From contig DEBC01000137.1 of assembly GCA_002348365.1 (NCBI GenBank), positions 21,821-85,820 of the forward strand: a stretch of 64,000 bases of DNA, given 5' to 3'. Positions 19,091 to 28,292 of the stretch are shown here, piece after piece (position 1 is the first letter of the stretch; each line of letters begins with the position of its first letter). A program made the position numbers and the translations under genes. The notes beneath the pieces are model-generated. The model searched no databases. It was not told the DNA's origin and saw only the letters and a list, made by a program, of their open reading frames with translations. Origin of the DNA: Alphaproteobacteria bacterium UBA2966 (GTDB taxonomy: Bacteria > Pseudomonadota > Alphaproteobacteria > UBA2966).

Positions 19091-20628
19091 CCCGGCCCGT
19101 CATTCCTTCGATTGAATCGCTCGCAGACGAGCTCACGGACAAGGCTGTGGGGCCCGTGTTCGGGATTCCCGGCGGGGGACCGAGCCTTGAGCTTCTTGAC
19201 GCTCTGGAGCGACGAGGGGTCGCATATGTCCGTACGCATTTCGAAGGGTGTGCGGCCCTCATGGCGGGGACGATGGGGAGGTTGAGTGGGGAACCGGGGA
19301 TGTGCCTCTCGATCAAGGGCCCCGGCTTGGCCAACATGGTTTCGGGTTTGGCCGCGAGCGCGCTGGAGGGGTTTCCATTGCTGGCCGTCTGCGAGGCCTT
19401 TCCGCGCGATACCGACTGGACAGTTCGACACAAAGGCATGGATCATCCGGGTCTGACGTCGGCTGTGAGCAAGGGTTGTTTCGGAATCGCAGGGAAAAGA
19501 GTCGTCGAAAACGCCGTCGCACTTGCGAAGGCAGAAGTTCCCGGGCCCGTCGTTCTCAATCTGAATGACGAACAGGCCCCACCAACGCCGGTCACTCCTG
19601 AAACGAGTGTCCTCGGCCCGGTGATCAAACAAATCGAAATAGCTAAGAGGCCCGTTGTCATTGTCGGTTCACTGGCTGCCCGTTCCGTGTGGGCTAGCCG
19701 ACTGGAGAGTTTGGCGGTGCCGGTCTTTGTCACCGCCGCGGCTAAAGGTGCACTCGATGAAGGCCTGCGATATTCCGCTGGTGTCTTCACGGGAGTCGGG
19801 CTGGAGCACACCCCGGAGGCCAAAATCGTTCCACAGTCTGACCTGGTAATTGGCCTAGGGTTGCGCGCAGGAGAAGTGTTGGCAGCCAAGCCATTCGAAT
19901 GCTCCGCTGTGAACGTCGATACCATTGGATCCGATCAAGGTTTCGAGTTCCTGGCATCGGCTCAGTGCCAAATTCTGGATTCCGTGTTCGACGCGCTGGA
20001 CGCGTTCGATTGGGGGTCGGATCTTGTCGCTGACGTCGTCACGAGCCTGGACAACAGACTTCGATCGAGCGGCTTTCTCCCCGCACACGCGCTTGCCGCG
20101 ATCCAGCGCCGCTTTGCGGGACAGGTCCGAGGCGTGTTCGATACGGGAAACTTCTGCACAATTGCCGAGCATATTTGGCGCCCCGCGCACCCGAACCACT
20201 GTTTGATGTCGGGAAAGGGCCGCTATATGGGTACCGCGCTACCGATGGCAATCGCGGCCGCCGAATATGACCCCTCGGTTCCAACGGTCGCGGTGCTTGG
20301 CGACGGGGGCATCGGCATGTTTCTGGCTGAAGCCAGACTAGCCGTGGAGCGAACCCTCCCGCTCCTGATCGTTCTCATGTCCGATGGTGGTTTTGGATCC
20401 GTCCGCGGCCGCGCGCTGAAGGATGGCCTCACCCAAGCCCCCTTGATCATCAACGATCCATCCTGGCTGATCGTGCTGGAGGGCATGGGCATACCGGGTG
20501 TCGCCGTCAACAAGGAAGAAGACCTGAGCACCGCGCTTGAGGCCTGGGTCCCGGATTCCGGTCCCAGTTACGTGGAGATTTCTTTCGATCCGGACGCCTA
20601 TCAGGAAATGATCATCGGCATTCGATAG
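19087..20628 (+). CDS. Thiamine-diphosphate-dependent enzyme (acetolactate-synthase/benzoylformate-decarboxylase-like fold).
   Basis: N-terminal …VGPVFGIPGG… Pyr domain and C-terminal ThDP-binding …LGDGGIGMFLAEARLAVE…LMSDGGFGSV… (GDG-X24-NN-like). The TTG start at 19087 overlaps the upstream stop. Confidence 0.7.
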   Translation: MTRPVIPSIESLADELTDKAVGPVFGIPGGGPSLELLDALERRGVAYVRTHFEGCAALMAGTMGRLSGEPGMCLSIKGPGLANMVSGLAASALEGFPLLAVCEAFPRDTDWTVRHKGMDHPGLTSAVSKGCFGIAGKRVVENAVALAKAEVPGPVVLNLNDEQAPPTPVTPETSVLGPVIKQIEIAKRPVVIVGSLAARSVWASRLESLAVPVFVTAAAKGALDEGLRYSAGVFTGVGLEHTPEAKIVPQSDLVIGLGLRAGEVLAAKPFECSAVNVDTIGSDQGFEFLASAQCQILDSVFDALDAFDWGSDLVADVVTSLDNRLRSSGFLPAHALAAIQRRFAGQVRGVFDTGNFCTIAEHIWRPAHPNHCLMSGKGRYMGTALPMAIAAAEYDPSVPTVAVLGDGGIGMFLAEARLAVERTLPLLIVLMSDGGFGSVRGRALKDGLTQAPLIINDPSWLIVLEGMGIPGVAVNKEEDLSTALEAWVPDSGPSYVEISFDPDAYQEMIIGIR

Positions 20629-20639
20629 ATTCGACCGTC

Positions 20640-22178
20640 GTGCTTTTCAACTCATTCCATTTCATTCTCGGCTTCTTGCCAGTCGTGATTCTGTTGACAT
20701 GGTTTGCTACCTCGCGAATTGGGCGAACCACGGCTATTGGAAGTTTGATCTTGGCTTCACTGTTCTTCTACGGATGGTGGAACCCGTCTTTCCTGGCCTT
20801 GTTGGTCGCCTCTGTATCCGGGAACTACGCTCTTGGCGTTGTGCTCAGAACCTTGGCACGGCAGAAGCGACATCTGGTGGCGCGCATCGTCCTGATCACG
20901 GGTATCAGCGCCAATCTGGGTACGATCGGATACTTCAAGTATGCCGGGTTCCTTACCGAAATTATTTCGTCGCTGATTGCCATCGACTGGACTCTGGGTG
21001 CCATCGTCCTGCCGCTCGGAATTTCATTTTTTACGTTTCAACAGATCGCCTACATCGTCGACTGCGCGCACGAAAACGTCGATTCACACGGCTTCTTTGA
21101 CTATGCCCTGTTCGTCACATTCTTCCCTCAGCTGATTGCGGGACCGATCGTCTATCACCGTGACATACTGCCCCAAATTCGCAGTGGTGAGGCCGCATTC
21201 ATGTTCCGCACCTCGGACTTGGGAATAGGCGCCAAGATCTTCGCCTTCGGCCTGATCAAGAAAGTCGTCCTTGCGGACGGCATGGCCGTCTACGCCACGC
21301 CCGTGTTCGAAGCGGCTGACGCCGGCGCTACGCTGACCTTCATTGAGGCATGGGGCGGCGCGCTGGCTTACACACTCCAGCTATACTTCGATTTCAGCGG
21401 TTATTCGGACATGGCAATCGGACTCGGCCGGATGTTCGGACTGCGCCTGCCGATTAACTTTCGGGCACCCTACAAGGCGACGAGCATCATCGACTTCTGG
21501 CGCCGGTGGCACATCACGCTTTCGATGTTCCTGCGCAACTACCTCTACATCCCTCTCGGCGGAAACCGGCACGGCAAGTCGCGACGTTGGATCAATCTCA
21601 TGATCACAATGCTGCTGGGGGGACTGTGGCACGGAGCCGGATGGACCTTCGTCGTCTGGGGTGGGCTGCACGGTGCTTATCTCTGCCTCAACCATTTGTG
21701 GCGTCACGTCGCAAGGCGCGCCGGAATCAATCTGAAGGCATCGGCTGCCGGGCGGGTCGTCAGTTGGGGGGTGACGTTTCTCGCCGTCGTCATTGCATGG
21801 GTCTTTTTTCGAGCTGAGACATTCCACGGAGCGATCGGCGTGCTCTACGGTATGGCTGGGCTCAACGGCATTATTCTACCGGAGGCCTGGGCGGGTCGCC
21901 TCGCCTCTCTCCCCGCAGCACTGACGGTTTTCGGTCTCGGACCGACACCATATTTCACTGGTGCCGTGCAGGTGCTGATGACCGGATTGATCCTGATGAT
22001 CGCACTCTTTGCCCCAACGACCCAGCAATGGGTGAGGTGGCAATTTGATGGCGGCAGCACAGTCGGGCGATGGCGGTTGGGGACTGTCGTCGCAACAGGT
22101 TTCGGACTAATCGGCGGTTACACCATGATCAGGCTCTTTGTGGGTGGATACAGTGAATTCCTCTACTTCCAGTTCTAA
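20640..22178 (+). CDS. MBOAT-family membrane-bound O-acyltransferase (AlgI/DltB/PatA-like).
   Basis: ~10 TM helices plus the conserved His region …WRRWHITLSMFLRNYLYIPLGGNR…. Confidence 0.85.
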   Translation: MLFNSFHFILGFLPVVILLTWFATSRIGRTTAIGSLILASLFFYGWWNPSFLALLVASVSGNYALGVVLRTLARQKRHLVARIVLITGISANLGTIGYFKYAGFLTEIISSLIAIDWTLGAIVLPLGISFFTFQQIAYIVDCAHENVDSHGFFDYALFVTFFPQLIAGPIVYHRDILPQIRSGEAAFMFRTSDLGIGAKIFAFGLIKKVVLADGMAVYATPVFEAADAGATLTFIEAWGGALAYTLQLYFDFSGYSDMAIGLGRMFGLRLPINFRAPYKATSIIDFWRRWHITLSMFLRNYLYIPLGGNRHGKSRRWINLMITMLLGGLWHGAGWTFVVWGGLHGAYLCLNHLWRHVARRAGINLKASAAGRVVSWGVTFLAVVIAWVFFRAETFHGAIGVLYGMAGLNGIILPEAWAGRLASLPAALTVFGLGPTPYFTGAVQVLMTGLILMIALFAPTTQQWVRWQFDGGSTVGRWRLGTVVATGFGLIGGYTMIRLFVGGYSEFLYFQF

Positions 22179-23124
22179 TACTGAACTCGAAACCGATACC
22201 GGAGCTGAGCCGACCGCTCACTCACCGCGCTACACGCTCTTATGGCTGGCAACCCTAGCGGCAACTTTCGCCATCTTCCTCGGCACCAGCGAAGCGTTGA
22301 TCCGCCTTCATGTGGAGCCAAACGATCTCCTGCTGAAACATGCATCCCTCATGTCATCGTCTACCTCCGCGAATGCCGTTTTTGGCGATTCACATGCCTC
22401 TCTCGGCTTCACAGGTCAGCCGGAATTCGTCAATCTAGCGTTTCCCGGGGAAAACCTTCGCACAATCGCCAGCAAGGTTGAACACTACTTTTCCGAAAGA
22501 TCGCCCGGCAAAGTGATATTCCAATTGGGCCCGCATCAATTCTCGGAACGGCGTAATAGCGAGTTCGGCCTCGACTACCGAAACGCCGACTGGAAACCGG
22601 GGGCATCTCGGGCGCTGTCGGCCTGGTACCGCCCAAAAGTGCTGAATTTCTGGAAGGTGTACCTCACAGGGGACGAGTTTCGCGTAAACCGCGCGTTGCA
22701 GACGGACGGGGCCCAGACTGTCGACACAAGTCTCGCCGAAATGCCGCCCAGTGACAGACGTACGCAGGCGGAACGTACCGTGACAGACCAGCTTCCAGCG
22801 GCAGAACCGGCGACCAGCACGGCCGCGCAAACCGCAAAGTCCATACTGTCTGCTTTGATCAGTCGCGGTGCGGAAGTATGCCTGGTGACATTTCCGGTCG
22901 CTCCGGATCAGGTCGCCTACGCAAAGCGTCATCCGGAAATCGCAGCGACTCGGCGTTACATCGACGAACTCGCACATAGCCTGACGCTCAAGCGGGTGGA
23001 CTACTGGAGCGCCATCCAAGATTACGCACTGTTCACGAACTCCGATCATTTGAACGCCCTTGGCGCGAGCCAGCTAGCCTCAATGGCTGTCGCTGATTGC
23101 GGCTTTGGCCAGACGGAGGGGTGA
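22138..23124 (+). CDS. SGNH/GDSL-type hydrolase-fold protein, the likely MBOAT partner (AlgJ/AlgX/PatB-like polysaccharide O-acetyltransferase).
   Basis: N-terminal TM anchor, then …NAVFGDSHASLGF… (GDS(H) block I). It overlaps the 3' end of the MBOAT gene. The start could be TTG 22138, GTG 22144 or GTG 22153. Confidence 0.5.
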   Translation: MWVDTVNSSTSSSNTELETDTGAEPTAHSPRYTLLWLATLAATFAIFLGTSEALIRLHVEPNDLLLKHASLMSSSTSANAVFGDSHASLGFTGQPEFVNLAFPGENLRTIASKVEHYFSERSPGKVIFQLGPHQFSERRNSEFGLDYRNADWKPGASRALSAWYRPKVLNFWKVYLTGDEFRVNRALQTDGAQTVDTSLAEMPPSDRRTQAERTVTDQLPAAEPATSTAAQTAKSILSALISRGAEVCLVTFPVAPDQVAYAKRHPEIAATRRYIDELAHSLTLKRVDYWSAIQDYALFTNSDHLNALGASQLASMAVADCGFGQTEG

Positions 23125-23164
23125 ACAAGTTCATGCCTCTCTCATGTAATCGCCGCGGGGCACT

Positions 23165-23899
23165 GTGACCTACCAAGGTCTCGCAGTGCTGGCGGTTGTC
23201 CCTGCGCGCGGCGGATCAAAATCGATTCCCCGGAAGAATCTGCGCGTGGTTCACGGCAACTCCCTGATCGGCCATGCGGCGAGTATTTGCCGACAACTGG
23301 ATTGGATCGATGTCGCGGTTATCTCAACCGATGATGAGGAGATCGCAGAGGAGGCCGCACGCCATGGCCTGGAAAAACCATTCCTGAGACCTCCAGAACT
23401 GGCGGATGACACTGCACTGTCCATTGACGCCTGGCGCCATGCTCTGCTGACGTCCGAAGATCACTACAACCAACAATTCGATCTGACCGTCCTGCTCGAA
23501 CCGACGAGCCCGCTTCGTGTTCCCGAAGATGTTGAGCGGGCCGTCGCAGAAATTGCCAGTGGCAAGTTTCAAGCAGCCGCAACCGTGAGCAAAACCTCGC
23601 CGTCCTACACGCCCCACAAGACCCTCGTGCGGTCGAATCACGGCCGCCTGAAGTTTTACCTTGAGGATGGAGGCCAGTATTCCATCCGCCAGCGCATCCC
23701 GGACTACTATCATCGCAATGGCATCTGCTATGCGCTGCGTCGTGAGGCGCTGCTCGATCCTGACAATCGCTATATTGTGGATTACGACTGCTGCGCGGTC
23801 GTCATCGACCGGCCGTTGGTGAATATTGACGAGCCCTTTGATTTGGAACTCGCGGAATGGCTGATGGCGCGCGAAGCCAGGGAAGGCAGTTTCGAATGA
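23165..23899 (+). CDS. Acylneuraminate (nonulosonic acid) cytidylyltransferase, CMP-sugar synthetase copy 1.
   Basis: …AVVPARGGSKSIPRKN… CTP_transf_3 signature. Confidence 0.8.
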   Translation: MTYQGLAVLAVVPARGGSKSIPRKNLRVVHGNSLIGHAASICRQLDWIDVAVISTDDEEIAEEAARHGLEKPFLRPPELADDTALSIDAWRHALLTSEDHYNQQFDLTVLLEPTSPLRVPEDVERAVAEIASGKFQAAATVSKTSPSYTPHKTLVRSNHGRLKFYLEDGGQYSIRQRIPDYYHRNGICYALRREALLDPDNRYIVDYDCCAVVIDRPLVNIDEPFDLELAEWLMAREAREGSFE

Positions 23900-24726
23900 C
23901 GACCACACCGATCTTCATCGGCGGCCTTTTCAAGTCTGGAACCAGCCTGCTCAGGGCGATGTTGGGCCAACATTCCCACATCGCGGCCGGCCTCGAGACA
24001 TATTGGTTTGAGGTCGATTGGGACGCCCGATTGGGTCGTGACGGGGAGCCACTCGCCGACTATGTCGAGCGCATGGCGGGGTTTTTCGACATCGAGATCG
24101 AGTGGGCGCATTCAGCGGCGGAAAAGGCGGAAAGCGCTTCTGCATTCGTAACATCTATTCTGAACGAGTTCGCAATCCGGCAAGGCAAACCTCGCTGGGC
24201 CGAAAAAACGCCCGGCAACATTCTTCATGTGTCACGCATCAAGGAGAACTGGCCGGGGGCGAAAATCATTCACATCATTCGCGATCCCCGGGACGTTTAT
24301 GCCTCGCTCCGACAGGCCAAAAAATGGGATTCAGTCGAAATGTTCGGAAACCTCTGGTGTGACTTCATGGGTGCGGGAACCAGAGCAGCCAGTGTCGTTC
24401 ATGAAATGCGCTACGAAGATTTGACCCTGACCCCCGAGGAGTGCATGCGGAAGGCCATACAGTTCGTCGGCGAGCCCTGGGAACCAGGCGTCGCGGAGTT
24501 CTCGGGAAGATCAGAGGACTACGACAAAGTTATGACTTTATCCGGGCATGCGAGTTCAACACTGGACCGCCTGCGCCATCCCCTCACCAACAACCGGATT
24601 GGTATCTGGCGTGATCTGATTGCTGCAGACGAACTCAAGTCGCTCCGCGACTTCGTCGCGGATTGTGGCCTGGGTGATGCCTATGACCATATCACAGAAG
24701 CCGCGGTCACTTCGACTTCACGATGA
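23896..24726 (+). CDS. PAPS-dependent sulfotransferase, copy 1.
   Basis: 5'-PSB loop …GGLFKSGTSLL… and 3'-PB motif …IIHIIRDPRDVYASL… The ATGA start/stop overlap is at 23896-23899. Confidence 0.75.
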   Translation: MTTTPIFIGGLFKSGTSLLRAMLGQHSHIAAGLETYWFEVDWDARLGRDGEPLADYVERMAGFFDIEIEWAHSAAEKAESASAFVTSILNEFAIRQGKPRWAEKTPGNILHVSRIKENWPGAKIIHIIRDPRDVYASLRQAKKWDSVEMFGNLWCDFMGAGTRAASVVHEMRYEDLTLTPEECMRKAIQFVGEPWEPGVAEFSGRSEDYDKVMTLSGHASSTLDRLRHPLTNNRIGIWRDLIAADELKSLRDFVADCGLGDAYDHITEAAVTSTSR

Positions 24727-24750
24727 TCGCGCTGGAAAAACAGGCCTGCC

Positions 24751-25752
24751 TTGGCAAATAATTTCTCTGATACAGCCAGTCCCGCCCTTCTGTTCGTCAA
24801 CTACCATTACATTCGGGACCCGGCGCAGTACATCTATCCGGGGATCCACCCTATAGCGCCGGATGACTTCACGGCACAGGTCGATTGGCTGTCCGATCGT
24901 TTTCATATGGCATCACCGGAAGAGGCGCAGGCTTACATCTCGGGGCAGGCGAGCTTGCCATCCGACAGCGTGGTTCTGACTTTCGATGACGGCCTGATGG
25001 ATCAGTACCGGATTGCGGTCGACGTCTTGGACCCACGTGGCATCAAGGGCATCTTTTTCGTGACATCGCAGCCCTTGACCGAAGGGCACGCCAACACCCT
25101 CCAGAAGACGCACTGGCTCCGCGCGATGACGGAGCCTGGAGAGTTTCAAGTTCAGCTCCTCGACATGCTTCAGGCGGAGTGGCGAATGGCGATGGATGAA
25201 CCGGCGTCGCAAGCTGCTGCGGAGGGAATCTATATCTACGACGACCCTGACGTCGGTCGCGTCAAGTACCTCATCAATTTCCTTCTACCCGAATCGCTGA
25301 TGGATGAACTGTCCAGCGGGATGCTCGCCGATCGGGGTGTCGCTGAAGCTGACTTCTGCACCGACATGTACATGTCCGAGAGAAACGTTCAGGAACTTCA
25401 CCGCAGCGGACACATAATCGGCGCTCACGGGCACAGACACATACCATTCACGCGCATTCCCGACGGTGATACGACGGAAATCGAGACGAACACAGCATTT
25501 CTCTCCTCTCTCGTCGGCAAACAGCCGGAATGGGTGTCCTATCCCTTCGGACGGGACTGGGCGATTCCTGACGATCCGGAGTCGTTCTGTAGACATCATG
25601 GATTCAGGTTTGGTCTCACCCTCACCCAAGGGTGGAATGTCGGAACGGAGTCGCCTTACCTGCTCAAGCGCGTCAACACCAATGAAGTCGAGATGACGGC
25701 CCAGGAACGCCTTCAAATTCATTCACAAGAAAACGCTGCTGGAGTCGGTTGA
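24751..25752 (+). CDS. Polysaccharide deacetylase (NodB-homology, CE4).
   Basis: …VVLTFDDGLMDQY… (TFDDG motif) and later His motifs (…IIGAHGHRH…). The TTG start is at 24751. Confidence 0.7.
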   Translation: MANNFSDTASPALLFVNYHYIRDPAQYIYPGIHPIAPDDFTAQVDWLSDRFHMASPEEAQAYISGQASLPSDSVVLTFDDGLMDQYRIAVDVLDPRGIKGIFFVTSQPLTEGHANTLQKTHWLRAMTEPGEFQVQLLDMLQAEWRMAMDEPASQAAAEGIYIYDDPDVGRVKYLINFLLPESLMDELSSGMLADRGVAEADFCTDMYMSERNVQELHRSGHIIGAHGHRHIPFTRIPDGDTTEIETNTAFLSSLVGKQPEWVSYPFGRDWAIPDDPESFCRHHGFRFGLTLTQGWNVGTESPYLLKRVNTNEVEMTAQERLQIHSQENAAGVG

Positions 25753-25770
25753 TCGTCGAAAAGGCTTGCC

Positions 25771-26700
25771 ATGACCACACAAGATTCGATTGATCTCCTC
25801 GACATTGCACTGGTTGGTTTTGCCAAGCGGATGGGAGCACCCAATAAGCTCGCCCATGGCCTGGTGAAAGCCCGGCGATCGGTGGTGCACGTGGGCGACG
25901 TAATGCGTCGCCGCCGCCAAGGTGCGGCCCTCTTGGAAAACTCCAACTGGGGAACCTTTATTGATCAGGCTTCGGGATATCGAACGTTCAACCCCAACAC
26001 GTTCCCCATGGCGAGTGCTGCGGTGGCCGCCAGTCTGCGCATATTCGAGTCTAAGGGCGGGATTGAAGGGCTGACCCGAGGCAAGAAACCGTTCTTTACG
26101 AACATTCTCGACGCCCACGACGTTGAAGAACATCCCGAATTACTGGACCTGATCCTGAGTCCTGAAATCGTCGAATCCGTGACCGGTTATTTCGGAACGC
26201 TACCCCGACTCAAATGTATGGGCGTTTTCGTTTCGGCCGCCAATGATTCGACGGAGTCGAGCCAACTATTTCATGTCGACAACGACGACTTCCGACAGAT
26301 CAAATGCTTCATCAATCTGGTGGAAACGGGGCCGGGCCAGGGGCCCTTCACGTTCCTCCCCGCGCAGTCAACGGCTACGGCGCTTAGTGCGCTTGGTCAT
26401 TCCTGGGGTTTTGGCAGGTTCTCCGACGAAGAAGTGGCCAGCGTCACCAACATGTCGGAGTCAATTGCGCTAACGGGCGGCATGGGAAGCGGAGCTTTTG
26501 TCGACACGTCACGGTGTCTGCACTACGGGAGCCGGGCGCGGCAGGGATACCGGCTGGTTCTGATGTTCAATTTTATGCCCTTCCCTGATCTCAAGATGAA
26601 CAAGGGCATGTTCGACATGCCCGGCATGCCGCTGTTTCGGATTCCGGCGTCCCGGTACGAATGCGATCCGCTGCGTCGAACCTTGCTCGGGGTATCGTAA
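25771..26700 (+). CDS. Hypothetical protein, possibly a PhyH-like Fe(II)/2-oxoglutarate-dependent oxygenase.
   Basis: H-x-D (…LFHVDND…) followed ~80 aa later by …RCLHYGSRARQGYR… (His + Arg), which is consistent with a 2OG-oxygenase facial triad. This is weak evidence. Confidence 0.45.
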   Translation: MTTQDSIDLLDIALVGFAKRMGAPNKLAHGLVKARRSVVHVGDVMRRRRQGAALLENSNWGTFIDQASGYRTFNPNTFPMASAAVAASLRIFESKGGIEGLTRGKKPFFTNILDAHDVEEHPELLDLILSPEIVESVTGYFGTLPRLKCMGVFVSAANDSTESSQLFHVDNDDFRQIKCFINLVETGPGQGPFTFLPAQSTATALSALGHSWGFGRFSDEEVASVTNMSESIALTGGMGSGAFVDTSRCLHYGSRARQGYRLVLMFNFMPFPDLKMNKGMFDMPGMPLFRIPASRYECDPLRRTLLGVS

Positions 26701-26710
26701 AGACCAGGAA

Positions 26711-27661
26711 TCAAACGGTCTCGGACGCCACGATGGCGACACCCATGGCAATCTTGGCTGGAATATCCTTGCGCACATAGGTCGGCTTCAACCCGAACCG
26801 TGGCAGGTCATCGACGGCAGCGTCAAAATAGGCATGCGCTCGAATACGATGCTGGCGCATACTTTCCGCATTGCAATCCGCAAATGGCTCCGTCATCACG
26901 ATCGCTCTTCGGGCCACCCGGCGAATCTCCCGCAAAGCTGAATGCTGTACTGCCTTCATCTGCTCAAGAGCGAGGCATGTGAAGACAAGATCGACCTGGC
27001 CGTCCTGGAAAGGCAACTCTGCGGCGCTCGCCTGTTGAACGTGCACACGCTTGAACGCAGACGTGTCTCGCGGTGGCAGGGGTGAGTACGAACTCAACAC
27101 TTCTGGAAGCGTGCTTTCCTCCTGAAATGTTTGCACCGCGGCAGCGCCTTGGGCCGTGAGTTCGATCCCCGAGAACTCGATGTCGGGAAATCTCGACGCC
27201 AACACGAAAAGGTTCACGCCGGTTCCGCAACCTGCCTCCAATACGGATACCGGCTTTAGGGCTTCGATCAGACGCATGAGAAAGAGGAGATAGATTCGCT
27301 TGAGGCCATTCGCGTCCATCAAGAATCCATGATTGCGCCAAATAACTGCGCTGGAGCCGTCCTTGGGCGATAAAATGTCTAGAGCAGTTCGGCCGCCCCA
27401 TTGGCGACCATACTCCTTCTTTACATGCCCCTGGCCGCGGGCTGGCAACCCGACAAAGGTTCGCAACCGGCTCTTGCGGTATGCACGTCGCCACTTCCTC
27501 TCTTGATCGTCAACAAGCTTGCGCCATTCGGGATCGTCAGCATAGAAACGTCGGCGAATATATGGTGCGATGAGTGCCTCGATCTCATCGTCTCCAACCT
27601 CGATCGCCAGTTCCAATGCGTTCGCCTCGTCGACTCGATCAGTGGCGGCCTTGACAGACAT
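26711..27661 (-). CDS. Class I SAM-dependent methyltransferase.
   Basis: …VLEAGCGTGVNL… motif I and …VDLVFTCLALEQM…. Confidence 0.75.
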   Translation of the reverse strand: MSVKAATDRVDEANALELAIEVGDDEIEALIAPYIRRRFYADDPEWRKLVDDQERKWRRAYRKSRLRTFVGLPARGQGHVKKEYGRQWGGRTALDILSPKDGSSAVIWRNHGFLMDANGLKRIYLLFLMRLIEALKPVSVLEAGCGTGVNLFVLASRFPDIEFSGIELTAQGAAAVQTFQEESTLPEVLSSYSPLPPRDTSAFKRVHVQQASAAELPFQDGQVDLVFTCLALEQMKAVQHSALREIRRVARRAIVMTEPFADCNAESMRQHRIRAHAYFDAAVDDLPRFGLKPTYVRKDIPAKIAMGVAIVASETV

Positions 27662-28220
27662 AATAAATTTTTTGGTACCCCCGGCCCTTTCTGAGAACGG
27701 GGAAAAGGTACATCAGGCCGGCAATGATCGGGGAAAAAACCGTGCTGGGTGCCGAGAGCGCGCCGTACCTCTCGATCTTGATCGTATCGAATGAACGCTT
27801 CAGCAGAGCGAATATGTCCTCTTCGAACGAAAAGGCTCGCTTGCTGATGTTGAAAATGAGAACTCCTCCCGGGCGAACCATACGTATCAGGGCCTCAGTT
27901 CCCGCAATGGTGTCGGCAACGTCGAAATAGCGATTGTTCATGACCTGTACACAGAGAACAAAGTCACCGGTTACATCCGACGTCTCTTCGAGCTTCGCGC
28001 ATATCGTCTCGGCGTCGGGATGCTTCGCTTGTGCAGCGGCAAGCCGTTCACGATCAACATCGATACCGATATATCGTTTCGTCCGAAACCAGCGCTTGTT
28101 TTCCATGTGGCCGCAGCCGGCATCAATCCCGATCTCCCGGTCCTCGCTGAGACCCATGTCCCGCATCAAGAAGTACCAGAGCAGTTGCTTTGCGGGTTTT
28201 TCAGAGTATCGAAAACTCAA
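27639..28220 (-). CDS. Class I SAM-dependent methyltransferase (Methyltransf_11/25-like).
   Basis: …IGIDAGCGHMEN… motif I and …VRPGGVLIF… The TTG start is at 28220. The 3' end overlaps the next methyltransferase gene start by 23 nt. Confidence 0.65.
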   Translation of the reverse strand: MSFRYSEKPAKQLLWYFLMRDMGLSEDREIGIDAGCGHMENKRWFRTKRYIGIDVDRERLAAAQAKHPDAETICAKLEETSDVTGDFVLCVQVMNNRYFDVADTIAGTEALIRMVRPGGVLIFNISKRAFSFEEDIFALLKRSFDTIKIERYGALSAPSTVFSPIIAGLMYLFPVLRKGRGYQKIYYVCQGRH

Positions 28221-28292
28221 TGAACGGCCCTCGAGTGAAAAGTTGCTGTTATCATAGGATCAACGGAACCACCACATGAAGCGGAATTCGAT

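Noticed and set aside
28164-28166. The internal ATG (MRDMG…) as the start of the second methyltransferase.
   Set aside because: It would leave only 13 residues before the GxGxG SAM motif. Class I MTases normally have ≥30, so the TTG start at 28220 is preferred.
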